DNA of 64,000 nt from the IMG/VR virus record IMGVR_UViG_3300030518_000008; one strand, written 5' to 3'. The notes under the pieces are model-generated. The model saw nothing but the letters and a program-made list of their open reading frames with translations. It did not search any database and had not been told where the DNA came from. The position numbers were made by a program, and so were the translations under genes. Below are positions 38,715 to 48,215 of the stretch, piece after piece. This stretch comes from an uncultured virus (IMG/VR IMGVR_UViG_3300030518_000008). Taxonomy: Duplodnaviria > Heunggongvirae > Uroviricota > Caudoviricetes. Position 1 is the first letter of the stretch. Every line of letters starts with the position of its first letter.

Positions 38715-39377
38715 ATGTATCTTCCGAACACTCGCCACCAAGGGGATTATCACCCATCCCGACGCGCGGACGGCACGATCACGACGGGCAGCACGCCGCA
38801 GTTGGTTCTGCCCGTGGCGAGAACCAGGGCGATGCTTCTGGTGATGAACATCTCCGCGTCGAACATGTTTCTTGATCATGGCCCCCCTCGTGCCGTTGCC
38901 ACGATATCAGGCGGCGCAGTGACGGCCGTGACGGTGCTAAACGCCGGATTTGGTTACACCATGGCGCCAACAATTCAGTTTGAGGGCGGTTTTGCGCCTT
39001 ATGTGGTCAATTCGGTTTGGGATGGGCGCGGCATTGCTGATGCTAATTCACCATCGGGATTAGCCACGCAGGGACTTACGACGGGAACAACCAAATACAA
39101 CCGGCCCGCCAAGGCGCATTTCGTTCTTTCCGGCGGCGCCGTCTCATCCGTTGTCATTGACGATCCTGGCTTCGGTTACGTCAATCCGCCAGAAGTTATC
39201 GTCAAGAACAACAACCTTGATCCATTCGGATGTGCCGCGCCATCGGCAACGCAGGGTATTCTGTTAGCGAACAACGGCGGTTCGTATTACCTGAACGGGA
39301 CAACCTGCCACACGGAATCCATCGCGATTTTCTGCACGTCTTCCACGTCCGCCTACACGGTGGAGTATATGGGTTGA
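38715..39377 (+). CDS. Virion structural protein
   Basis: NAGFGYTMAPTI and DPGFGYVNPPEV repeats. Confidence 0.6.
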   Translation: MYLPNTRHQGDYHPSRRADGTITTGSTPQLVLPVARTRAMLLVMNISASNMFLDHGPPRAVATISGGAVTAVTVLNAGFGYTMAPTIQFEGGFAPYVVNSVWDGRGIADANSPSGLATQGLTTGTTKYNRPAKAHFVLSGGAVSSVVIDDPGFGYVNPPEVIVKNNNLDPFGCAAPSATQGILLANNGGSYYLNGTTCHTESIAIFCTSSTSAYTVEYMG

Positions 39378-40390
39378 CCCGCCTTATCAGGCTTTTGACG
39401 GTCTTTCTGTTCATGGGTGGCGTTGCTCATGCGCAGCCGGTTCCGGGCAGTCCAGCAGGCGCATCGGGCGGCACATCATCGAATTTCGGTGCGAGTTTTC
39501 CAACGGCGGGAACGGCATCAGGCTTTGTATTCGGCGGGAACCTGACGGGCGCGAGCACTGACGGTGTAAACGGTAATCTGGATGTCAACTGCGTCGTCGG
39601 ATGTGCTGGCGGAACCGCTAGCAACGCATCGTCCGGCGTTGCCACGTCGAGCACGAACGGCAAGACGAACGCATGGCTCTATGGCTTCAACGGCACGACA
39701 TGGGATCAGTTGCAGGTTGACGGCTCCAAGAACCTAAAGGTGCTGGCAACCGGAAGTGGCAGCGCCGGAACGGCGGCAAGCGGGGTGCTGACGGTTCAGG
39801 GTATTGCCTCCATGACGCCGGTTCAGGTGTCGCAGGCAACGGCGGGGAACCTCAACGCCACTGTGGTTCAGAGCACAGCGGCGAACCTTCTCGCCAATGT
39901 CGGCGGTCTTGCGGCGTCCGGAGCGAGCGTATCGGGCAATCCGATCCTCAACGGCGGCAGGGCGCAGAACGCGGAACAGACAGCGGTAACGAACGGGCAG
40001 GCTGTTGGGCTGGCATCTGACCTCGTGGGGCGGCTGATCGTTTCCCCATATGCCAACAAGGAGAACTTTGTCGGCGGCACGGTATCCGTCACCGGCACAT
40101 CGTCAACGTCTCTCGTGGCTGCGCCGGGTGCGAACCTCTACCTCTACATAACCGCAGTCTCGTGCTTCAACTCAGGGTCCACGCTAACGACGGTTTTGTT
40201 TCAGAATGGATCGGGCGGGACGACCATATGGGAAGGCGTTGCGGCGCCTACGGGCGGCGGCTTTACGCACACGTTCCCCGTGCCGATCGGCGGCGTGAAC
40301 AACATGACGGCGAACACGGCGCTGTATATCCAGGCTGGTTCCGCGACCACGACGCTGTATTGCAATGCGTCAGGCTACAAGGGTTCGTGA
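39374..40390 (+). CDS. Fibre-like protein with signal peptide
   Basis: TTGA-coupled; AHA-Q; shares a module with 22197..23933. Confidence 0.65.
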   Translation: MTRLIRLLTVFLFMGGVAHAQPVPGSPAGASGGTSSNFGASFPTAGTASGFVFGGNLTGASTDGVNGNLDVNCVVGCAGGTASNASSGVATSSTNGKTNAWLYGFNGTTWDQLQVDGSKNLKVLATGSGSAGTAASGVLTVQGIASMTPVQVSQATAGNLNATVVQSTAANLLANVGGLAASGASVSGNPILNGGRAQNAEQTAVTNGQAVGLASDLVGRLIVSPYANKENFVGGTVSVTGTSSTSLVAAPGANLYLYITAVSCFNSGSTLTTVLFQNGSGGTTIWEGVAAPTGGGFTHTFPVPIGGVNNMTANTALYIQAGSATTTLYCNASGYKGS

Positions 40391-40391
40391 C

Positions 40392-41507
40392 ATGCTGCGC
40401 TGGCTCGCTCTGCTGTTACTGCTGACGTGCCCCGCGTCGGCGCAACTCCTAACTACCGGGGCGGGCTGCCAACCGGCTGTTTGTTCTGGAGGTGGGGGGT
40501 ATCAGGGTCCAGGCGACGTGGTATCTGGTGCTACCGCCTGGTACGGCCTCAGAGGATACAACGCGGCTTACGCCACCGGCAGTAACAACGCCATCAACAT
40601 CCGGCGGGCGAGCGACAACAGCACCAGCAACATTGTCATTCTGAGCAATGGCAACCTGGACACTGCGACTGCGGCGAGCTTCGCCGGGACAGATGCCACG
40701 GCAAGTTGCACCGTTTCTGGCACTAGCGCCACTTGCTCGGGTGCCAGTGCTACGATCCACGTGAATGATCCGGTAACGGGAACTGGCATCACTGTACCTT
40801 GCGTAGTGACGGCGACGAACGGATCGACAACTGCGACGATTTCCATAGCAGGCACCACAACTAGTTGCGGAACTATCGGCACGGCCACGACGCTGACGTT
40901 TCAGGTGGCGCTATTTGCTACTGAAGCTTATGATCAAAGTGGGAATACTATTCATATCACACAGGCCACATCGGGCAGCCAGCCGCAGGTATTATTGTCG
41001 TGCGCTTCTGCCTTGCCTTGTTTCTACTTCAACGGCGCTCAAAAGCTTGTATCGGGAACAATATCAACCCATGCCCAACCTATTACATTTTCGTATGTAG
41101 GGAACAGAAAAGCGAACTTTTCCGCTATCAATATCGCTATGTCAACATTTTTAGCAGGTTCAAACTGCGATCTCGGATGGGATTCTACAGCAAACGCTGT
41201 ATATGGCTTCTGTGGAACGAGAACCAATATAACAGGTGTATCAGACGGAGTATTACATTCTGTTTCTGGTGTTATGAATGGTGCATCAAGCCCATTTAAT
41301 GTAGATGGGACAGTTACTACTATAAACGTTAATACAGCAGCAACTGGAACTCAAATAGCCATTGGGGACAATCCCGCCTCATATAGTCAAGCTCTTGTTG
41401 GATACCTATCGGAAACTGGGTTGTGGCCTACCGGGTTTACTTCCGGCAACCAGACCTCCATGTGCCATCAGCAATTCACCTACTGGGGCACCGCGACATC
41501 ATGCTAA
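40392..41507 (+). CDS. Signal-peptide protein with ConA/LamG-like (arabinofuranosidase-B-like) fold
   Basis: GPGDVV...WYGLR...NIRRASDN...YDQSGN; ASA-Q. Confidence 0.6.
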   Translation: MLRWLALLLLLTCPASAQLLTTGAGCQPAVCSGGGGYQGPGDVVSGATAWYGLRGYNAAYATGSNNAINIRRASDNSTSNIVILSNGNLDTATAASFAGTDATASCTVSGTSATCSGASATIHVNDPVTGTGITVPCVVTATNGSTTATISIAGTTTSCGTIGTATTLTFQVALFATEAYDQSGNTIHITQATSGSQPQVLLSCASALPCFYFNGAQKLVSGTISTHAQPITFSYVGNRKANFSAINIAMSTFLAGSNCDLGWDSTANAVYGFCGTRTNITGVSDGVLHSVSGVMNGASSPFNVDGTVTTINVNTAATGTQIAIGDNPASYSQALVGYLSETGLWPTGFTSGNQTSMCHQQFTYWGTATSC

Positions 41508-42097
41508 TTCGCGCCCTAATCATCCTGGTCCTGCTGACCGTTCCGGGGCTTGCCCAGGACGCCAGCCTGCGATATGCCAGCTTCCCCAGCCTCGCGACGG
41601 CACAGGCCCTCAGTGCAAGCGCATGGCAAGCGGTGCAATGCACGCCCCAGCCGAGTTGTGACCCGGCGCAGATCACCCAGTTCAACTACCCGATCATCAC
41701 GCTGGTCAATGGGAATAGCGCCATCGTGATTCACTCGGGCGATGTATATCAGGGCGAGCACCTGTCCCTGCCAAACGGCAAGAGCTTCAATCTGACGGCG
41801 AACCAAATTGCGGCGCTGCAAACGCGCGCCCAGGTTGGCACGCAACTACCCGACATCCTGCCCGTGGCGCTTGTGGGAAGCCGCCTCACGACTGCGCAAA
41901 CCAACGCCCTCAACACCTACAGGGGCACGCATTCCACGTTCAACACGAATTACAATGCCCTTGTAGCCGGGCCGATCGACCTCGAAGGATCGTTGCTGGC
42001 CCCCGTCTCGGCCGAAATGGTGTCATCCGGCCTGTTTACCTCTACGGATATAGCGACGATTTTTGCCCCACAGACGACCGCCGCCGTGAACCCGTGA
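41501..42097 (+). CDS. Signal-peptide protein
   Basis: MLIRALIILVLLTVPGLA-Q. Confidence 0.6.
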   Translation: MLIRALIILVLLTVPGLAQDASLRYASFPSLATAQALSASAWQAVQCTPQPSCDPAQITQFNYPIITLVNGNSAIVIHSGDVYQGEHLSLPNGKSFNLTANQIAALQTRAQVGTQLPDILPVALVGSRLTTAQTNALNTYRGTHSTFNTNYNALVAGPIDLEGSLLAPVSAEMVSSGLFTSTDIATIFAPQTTAAVNP

Positions 42098-42205
42098 CGT
42101 TGTGGACATGACGGATTTTCACTATATCGATCGGCGGATTCCGGCTGCCCGCAAATCAACTCCAACGCCGGGCGCTACTGGCGCCCACCACAAGGACCGA
42201 ACCGT

Positions 42206-42508
42206 ATGAAGAAAGTTATCGCCCTCGGCGCGCTGCTGGCGCTTTCGGCGCCAGCCTTCGCCGACCAGACCCCATCGCAGCTCCAGTTTACCAATTCTCT
42301 CGCTTCCAACCTGTCTTCTGCCCTGGGGCAGATCGACATGCAGCGTGATAAGATCACGGAACTGACAACTGAGAACACGAAGCTGAAAGAGCAACTGGCG
42401 CAAATGGGCAAGCCGGCGGGCAGTGAAGATGCCGCGCCATCGACCGAGCCGCAGGGCAACGGAGCGCACGCAAGCCGCTTTGCGCCGCCACCCGCAAAAT
42501 CACCGTAA
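42206..42508 (+). CDS. Signal-peptide coiled-coil protein
   Basis: MKKVIALGALLALSAPAFA-D; AAGGA RBS. Confidence 0.7.
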   Translation: MKKVIALGALLALSAPAFADQTPSQLQFTNSLASNLSSALGQIDMQRDKITELTTENTKLKEQLAQMGKPAGSEDAAPSTEPQGNGAHASRFAPPPAKSP

Positions 42509-42521
42509 CCCAGAGTTCTAA

Positions 42522-42779
42522 TTGCCGATACCAGGGCGCCAGGAGACACGAACAGAAATACGCGAAGCCCTCCTCCGCCTTGGCGTTGATATAGAAAATG
42601 ATACATCACTGAAGCAATTTAGAGACAACCAATCGTGGATAACGGAGCACCGGGAATTCGTACAAAAACAGCGGGCATTCCGTTCGGCGCTAAGTTTATC
42701 TGCGATTGCTGCCCTGTTCGGCGCAATTGCCACTACCATCGGCGGCTGGCTGCTGGGGCATGGCCTGGGGATAAAGTGA
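42522..42779 (+). CDS. Small protein with C-terminal TM helix
   Basis: Hydrophobic C-terminus; start uncertain. Confidence 0.5.
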   Translation: MPIPGRQETRTEIREALLRLGVDIENDTSLKQFRDNQSWITEHREFVQKQRAFRSALSLSAIAALFGAIATTIGGWLLGHGLGIK

Positions 42780-42865
42780 ATCGCACCAAGCTCTGCCTTG
42801 TCCTGTTTGTCTGGTTTCTGTTCGGGGCCGCCACGGCGGCGATCTTTCGGTAAGACGGGGAACCC

Positions 42866-43888
42866 ATGAAATTCCACACCTACATCAAAAAGCGCGCATC
42901 GCCTTCAAGCCCCTGGTCCATACCCAAGCTTTGCGCGGCCTATGGCTGGCCCGCCAATGCGCCGGGCACTGGCGCCATCGCGATCGTTGAGCTGGGCGGC
43001 GGCTGGAACCGGGCCGATGTCACGGCGGCTTTCGCCGCCATGGGCCTGCCCGCGCCGTCGATTACGGACGTTTCGGTGGACGGCACCAAGAACACCCCCG
43101 GCGGAGACGCGGATGGTGAAGTTGCTCTCGACATTCAGGTAGCCGGCGGCGCTTTCGCTGTCGCCACGGGCCGCCCCGCCAACATCCGCATCTACTGGGC
43201 GCAGAACATCGCCGAGGCGGTGCATCGCGCGTCCGTCGACGGCTGCTCGGTCTGCTCGATTTCCTGGGGCGCGCCCGAAGAAAGCTGGGGCAAGCCGGCG
43301 TGCCAGGACATGAACGATACCGCGATGGTTGCCGGTACTGTCGGCATGGCGGTGTTCGCCGCGGCCGGCGACAACGACGCGGACGATGGCAATTCCCAGC
43401 CCTCAGTGGACTGCCCGGCCTGCTGCCCGCACATCATCGGCTGCGGCGGCACCAGCATCCCGGTTGGCGGCTCTGAGGCGGTGTGGAACAACAACCCAGG
43501 CCGCGCCAATGGCGAAGGAACCGGCGGCGGCTATTCTGTCTACTTCCCGCGCCAGACGTGGCAGCTCGGGGCGCCTGTCGGCCCCAAGGGTCTGGGCCGG
43601 ATGGTGCCGGACGTTGCAGCGAACGCCGATCCCGACACTGGCTACATCATCGTGCTCGACGGCCAGGAGCAGGTCTTTGGCGGCACCTCCGCCGTGGCCC
43701 CGCTCTATGCCGGCCTGGTCGCCGCGCTGAGCGACAAGCCGGGCCTGCTGGGTGCTGAGTTTTTCCGCAACAAAAGCTGGTTCAATGATGTGACTTCGGG
43801 CAGCAACGGCGTCTATGCTGCGCGCATCGGTCCAGATCCATGCACCGGGCTTGGAACGCCGATTGCGCACAAATGGCAGATTCCGTGA
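42866..43888 (+). CDS. S53 (sedolisin/kumamolisin-like) peptidase, no prodomain
   Basis: GEVALDIQ (Glu/Asp), SISWG, AAAGDND, RMVPDVAANADP, GGTSAVAP (Ser), GPDPCTGLGTP. Confidence 0.93.
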   Translation: MKFHTYIKKRASPSSPWSIPKLCAAYGWPANAPGTGAIAIVELGGGWNRADVTAAFAAMGLPAPSITDVSVDGTKNTPGGDADGEVALDIQVAGGAFAVATGRPANIRIYWAQNIAEAVHRASVDGCSVCSISWGAPEESWGKPACQDMNDTAMVAGTVGMAVFAAAGDNDADDGNSQPSVDCPACCPHIIGCGGTSIPVGGSEAVWNNNPGRANGEGTGGGYSVYFPRQTWQLGAPVGPKGLGRMVPDVAANADPDTGYIIVLDGQEQVFGGTSAVAPLYAGLVAALSDKPGLLGAEFFRNKSWFNDVTSGSNGVYAARIGPDPCTGLGTPIAHKWQIP

Positions 43889-44088
43889 ACACAAACACCA
43901 CAACGCTCTCTACATCGGCCGCCAGCAACTCCAGCGCGGCGGCAGCCGTGGTCGTTTTTGCCTGGCTTCTGGCCAGCAAAGGCATCGCCATGCCGGCTGA
44001 GGTGGCGGCGGCGCTGACCGTGCTGCTCGGGGCCTTCGTGCATTACGTCTCGGCCTGGATTCCGTCTACGACGCCGCCGGCGGCGTAA
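43885..44088 (+). CDS. Putative holin
   Basis: Small, two TM helices, MPAEVAAALTVLL; near the endolysin. Confidence 0.55.
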   Translation: MNTNTTTLSTSAASNSSAAAAVVVFAWLLASKGIAMPAEVAAALTVLLGAFVHYVSAWIPSTTPPAA

Positions 44089-45941
44089 TGGCGCTTCCCG
44101 CGTACTCCACCGGGTTCACAGCCTCACCGTCCGGCTTCATCCAGGGCGGCTTCCTCGCGCCGACCTTGCGCACGCTAAGTAACGCGCCGGCCAACTCGCT
44201 GGTCTACTGCGTTGGCATCGATGCTCCCGGTGACGCTGGCGCGGGGGCTTATTACTGGAATGCCACCTCAACGCTCGCTGACAACGGCGCCAGCGTTTTT
44301 CAGGTCACCGGCGTCTCGGTCGGGCGCTGGATACGCACCGTTATGGCGCCGCTCAACCTCGGCGGCGGGTTCCGCGGAGCGGCAACCCGCAACCCCGGCC
44401 CCCTCGATGACGTGGCGCACGGCTACCCGGTTGGCGCGCTCTGGCTGAACACCGCCACCAACATTGCCTACACCAACACCTCAAACACTGCCGGGCAGGC
44501 GGTGTGGGCGGTGACCGAGTTTCCCTTCCTGGCGCTGCCGGGCGACATGCTCTCGACCGCGCCGGTGGCCTGTTATGGCATGGTGCTGCTGCGGAAATCC
44601 TATGGCGGCAACTGCATCAAGGTTAACCGCCAGTACGACAATTTTCAGTTCAACGTTGGTTTTACCAGCGCGGGACTGCTCGATGTTGCCACGCTGAGCC
44701 TCTACCTCTCCAGCGCCACGGGCGCCGGACTCGCGGCCCAGGTCACCACCTGGTACGACCAAAGCGGCAACGGCTACGACGCCACACAGGCGACGGTGGC
44801 CAACATGCCGTGGATCTACCGCAACAGCATAAACGGCCACATGAGCCTCTGTTTTGACGGTCAGCAGAGCACGGTGGTCAAGTCTCTGACTATGCCAATC
44901 GGCGTGTCGCTCACGCACCCGGCGCTGGCCCTGGTGGCAGTCGGCCGGCTCACCTCAAGCCGGGCGTTGAATGCCACGCTGGTTGAGGCTGGCACATCGC
45001 ATCAGGCGGGCCTGTATTTCTCCGCCAACATCCTGGCGGGCGCCGCCGGCGCCGACTTCACCACCGATACCAACGTCTCGGCCCTCCAGCCGGGCGATCA
45101 CGAGCCGAGCGTCTTCATCGGCACATCGCTTAGCGGCGCCGGCGGCGCCTCGCTGTGGATCAACGAAAGCAACGGGACTGCTTTCACCAACACCAGCACG
45201 CAGACCATCACCGGCGGTCTGATCGGCAACAGTGCGGTAGCCACCGGCAATCAGCTCAACGGCGATCTGCTCGCGGTCATGGTCTACGGCTACGGCCTGA
45301 CCGCGGCGATGCGCACAGCGGTTGCCGGCTCCTGCTACAACACGTTCGGCCTGGCGCCGCAGTACATCGCCAGCACCATCCTGTTTGACGGCGACAGCAT
45401 GACGGTGGGCGTCAACGGCCTCGGCTGGTTCGGCTTCTCGTCCCTGGTTCCCGAGCAGGCGCCAATGCCGTTGCGGGCCTACAATACCGGCGTGTCAGGG
45501 CAGACCATGCAGACCCTGCAAACCAACTACCCGACCATCATTGCCCCGCTGTACAACGCCGCCGCAGGGCAGAACTTCCTGGTGCTGCTGGGCGGCACCA
45601 ACGATGCCGCCGCTGGGGCGGCGGCGGTGACGACGTGGGGATACTGTCAGGCTTACATCGCCGCCGCAGCCGCGACGGGATGGAAGGTTATTGTGATGAC
45701 GATGCTGCCCAGGAACAGCGTCGAGCCGTTCCGCATCATCTACAACAGCCTGATCCGCGCTGGCGCGCTGGCGGCGGGGGCTGTCGCGATCTGCGATATC
45801 GCCGCCAACCCCCAGATCGGGCCGGCAGGGGCCAACACCAATCTGACGTATTACTATTCCGACCAGATCCATCCCAATGATCTGGGGCACGCCATCATCA
45901 CCAGCATGCTTGTCGGTATCCTCAACACCCTCGTTCAGTAG
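44088..45941 (+). CDS. Tail-associated protein with ConA-like and SGNH hydrolase domains
   Basis: Tailspike-type N module; WYDQSGNG; FDGDSMT, GVSG, GGTND, DQIHP. Confidence 0.85.
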   Translation: MALPAYSTGFTASPSGFIQGGFLAPTLRTLSNAPANSLVYCVGIDAPGDAGAGAYYWNATSTLADNGASVFQVTGVSVGRWIRTVMAPLNLGGGFRGAATRNPGPLDDVAHGYPVGALWLNTATNIAYTNTSNTAGQAVWAVTEFPFLALPGDMLSTAPVACYGMVLLRKSYGGNCIKVNRQYDNFQFNVGFTSAGLLDVATLSLYLSSATGAGLAAQVTTWYDQSGNGYDATQATVANMPWIYRNSINGHMSLCFDGQQSTVVKSLTMPIGVSLTHPALALVAVGRLTSSRALNATLVEAGTSHQAGLYFSANILAGAAGADFTTDTNVSALQPGDHEPSVFIGTSLSGAGGASLWINESNGTAFTNTSTQTITGGLIGNSAVATGNQLNGDLLAVMVYGYGLTAAMRTAVAGSCYNTFGLAPQYIASTILFDGDSMTVGVNGLGWFGFSSLVPEQAPMPLRAYNTGVSGQTMQTLQTNYPTIIAPLYNAAAGQNFLVLLGGTNDAAAGAAAVTTWGYCQAYIAAAAATGWKVIVMTMLPRNSVEPFRIIYNSLIRAGALAAGAVAICDIAANPQIGPAGANTNLTYYYSDQIHPNDLGHAIITSMLVGILNTLVQ

Positions 45942-45946
45942 GTTTT

Positions 45947-46471
45947 ATGGACAATTTCGACGTGTGGTGGCAGTTCGTGCAACTGCCGAACAACGACGGC
46001 AGCGCCAACGACAGCACTAACGACGGCGCGGGCGCTACGCACTGGGGCTGGACCTATCCGACGTGGCGCGTGGCACAACTCTACGGCGGCTGCGTCGCAA
46101 CTGATGTGGCAACCTTCTCAGCGCTGACCCAGGATCAGGCAATGAGGCTGGCGCTGGTGTGGTTCTGGGATCGTCAGTTTGCGCCTTCGATGCTGCCGGG
46201 CGTGGCCATCTCCATCATTGACTGGACATGGACGAGCGGTGGCGCCGCGGCGGAAATCCAGTCCGCCATTGGCGCTGGCTTGACCGGCGTGCTGGATCAG
46301 CAAACCATCGCCACCCTCAACACGTTCACGCCGGCCACGCTCATAGCCAAGGTCTATGGCTTGCGCGCGGCCTACTACAACGACCTTGGCTATCAGGCGA
46401 AATATCCCGGCCTCTACCGCCGGGCCTTGGATTGTCAGGCGCTGTCCAACATCTACGCCGGCGTTACTTAA
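45947..46471 (+). CDS. Putative endolysin, divergent GH108-like
   Basis: NDGAGATHWGWT...LTQDQA...FWD...IIDW...Q.AIG...GVLDQQT...R..YY...KYPGLYRR. Confidence 0.6.
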   Translation: MDNFDVWWQFVQLPNNDGSANDSTNDGAGATHWGWTYPTWRVAQLYGGCVATDVATFSALTQDQAMRLALVWFWDRQFAPSMLPGVAISIIDWTWTSGGAAAEIQSAIGAGLTGVLDQQTIATLNTFTPATLIAKVYGLRAAYYNDLGYQAKYPGLYRRALDCQALSNIYAGVT

Positions 46472-47156
46472 CGCACTTGACCTTGTGCTGCGGCTTGTGA
46501 TGCACGACCGGGGCGGCGGAGCAGTAGCCGTCAGCCCCCACGTGATCGCAGTGCCCAACCCAGCCGCCGGGCGGCGCCGGCGGCACGGGCATTGCCTCGA
46601 CAACCACCACATTCGTTTGGCTGGCGGCAGCGACGGCGGCGGCGACACCATCGATATTGGCGATGGCGAATTCACGCGCCACACCGGGGCCAAACAGCCC
46701 GTAGAGCATTTCGGTCACCTTGCGGTTGTTGCAAGACTTGCTGATCCAGGTCGGGCCGATCCCGCCGCCCCCGCCTAACCCGGCACCAACGGCGCCGAAC
46801 CCCACAACGGGACAGTCGAACCCGCCCCCGCCGATCGACGGCAGGCCCATGCTCGGGGCGCTTCTGGCGTTGATGGTGGTGTTACCCACGCCTGACAGAG
46901 AACTGCCGGCTGAGGCGGCGCCGCCCGTGGCGCTGGAGGCCGCCGATCCGCCCGCAGCGCTGCCGCCGCTGGCACTGCCCCCAGCTCCTCCAGCCCCGCC
47001 CGTAGCGGTCTGGTGCTGCTGCTGATAGCTGTTGGACTGCGCTCCAGGGCCGCCGTCAACGATCTGGTTGCCGTGGCCGTAGTTGGTGTTCGTCCACGCG
47101 AACGCGGGTGTGGAGAGGGCAGCGAAGATCGCCACCGCCGAGGTGTATTTTCCCAT
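46464..47156 (-). CDS. Signal-peptide Gly/Ser-rich protein
   Basis: STPAFA-W leader; C...C pattern. Confidence 0.6.
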   Translation of the reverse strand: MGKYTSAVAIFAALSTPAFAWTNTNYGHGNQIVDGGPGAQSNSYQQQHQTATGGAGGAGGSASGGSAAGGSAASSATGGAASAGSSLSGVGNTTINARSAPSMGLPSIGGGGFDCPVVGFGAVGAGLGGGGGIGPTWISKSCNNRKVTEMLYGLFGPGVAREFAIANIDGVAAAVAAASQTNVVVVEAMPVPPAPPGGWVGHCDHVGADGYCSAAPVVHHKPQHKVKCVK

Positions 47157-47163
47157 GGTGTCC

Positions 47164-48102
47164 CTAGTTGTGCATGTTAGACAGGCTGTTAGCCTGCCAG
47201 ACCTGAACCGAGTAAACGGTGATCGGATATTGGTTGTTCGAGCCGAATTGCAGGACGAAGTGATTAACGTCCATCACGCCATACGCCCAGGGCGTGCTGT
47301 TGGTCAGCGGCGGCGTGTCGGATGTCTGGTACTGTGTGTAGCTGATGGACTGTACAACACTTCCGTTCCAGTAGTAATTCACGTATCCACTTGTAGTCGC
47401 CGTGGCCGGAACCCAAAGCATAGCCACAGTATTATAGCTGGAGAAGTTTGCTGCAGGTACGCTGGGGTCTACAAACTGTGTGATATGCGGCGTCGGGTTG
47501 GCCGGAATGCCGTACCAGTTGATCAGCGTCGCCTGATACTGGTTTATCGTGCCGTAGGCGCCCAGAAAATGCTCTAGCAGATCCGCCTCGATGAAGTTGT
47601 TGTAGCCAGTGGCCTGCCCCGGCCACTGGGCTGTCCCCAGGTACTCCTCCATGGCGTTAGCCCAGAAGGACGGCCACCCGTTTGATATGTCGGCTGATGC
47701 CACGTTGAATTTGACGATCGCCTGCACATAGGCGCCGCCTCCAAACGCCGTGCCAACGTATCCCGGCGCGGTCGCGATGTAGCCGGCCGTGGCCACGTTC
47801 GAGTTGTAACCATCCCCGCCCTGGCCGGCGGTGATCGAGCCGTCCGAGGCATTGATGGTGTTGTTGGCAAATGTCGGGGTCACACCGAAGAAGTTGAAGC
47901 CATACCACTGGTAGCCTTTGGCGTAGGTCAGTCCGGTATCGGTGTTCGTGGTCGTGAATGGCCCGGTGGAAAACGTGTTAACCACATACCCCACCGCCTG
48001 AGCGATCGGCGGCGCCACCGCCGGCGCCGTGCAGCTCTGCGCCAGCGCCGCGCCCTCCCCGGCACAGAGCAAGCCGATCACGGCGATTGAAATCTTCCAC
48101 AT
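47164..48102 (-). CDS. Signal-peptide GH16-like glycoside hydrolase
   Basis: WPSFW, catalytic-type EADLLE (ExDxxE), SVQVWQ. Confidence 0.7.
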   Translation of the reverse strand: MWKISIAVIGLLCAGEGAALAQSCTAPAVAPPIAQAVGYVVNTFSTGPFTTTNTDTGLTYAKGYQWYGFNFFGVTPTFANNTINASDGSITAGQGGDGYNSNVATAGYIATAPGYVGTAFGGGAYVQAIVKFNVASADISNGWPSFWANAMEEYLGTAQWPGQATGYNNFIEADLLEHFLGAYGTINQYQATLINWYGIPANPTPHITQFVDPSVPAANFSSYNTVAMLWVPATATTSGYVNYYWNGSVVQSISYTQYQTSDTPPLTNSTPWAYGVMDVNHFVLQFGSNNQYPITVYSVQVWQANSLSNMHN

Positions 48103-48215
48103 GGAAACCCCGCTAAATGTCGGGCGCATCTTCGTCACAGTCGCGGTAATCGTCCACCAGACAGACGATCAGGACCGCGACGGCAACCAGGATCAGAATG
48201 CCGACCGGGCTCACG

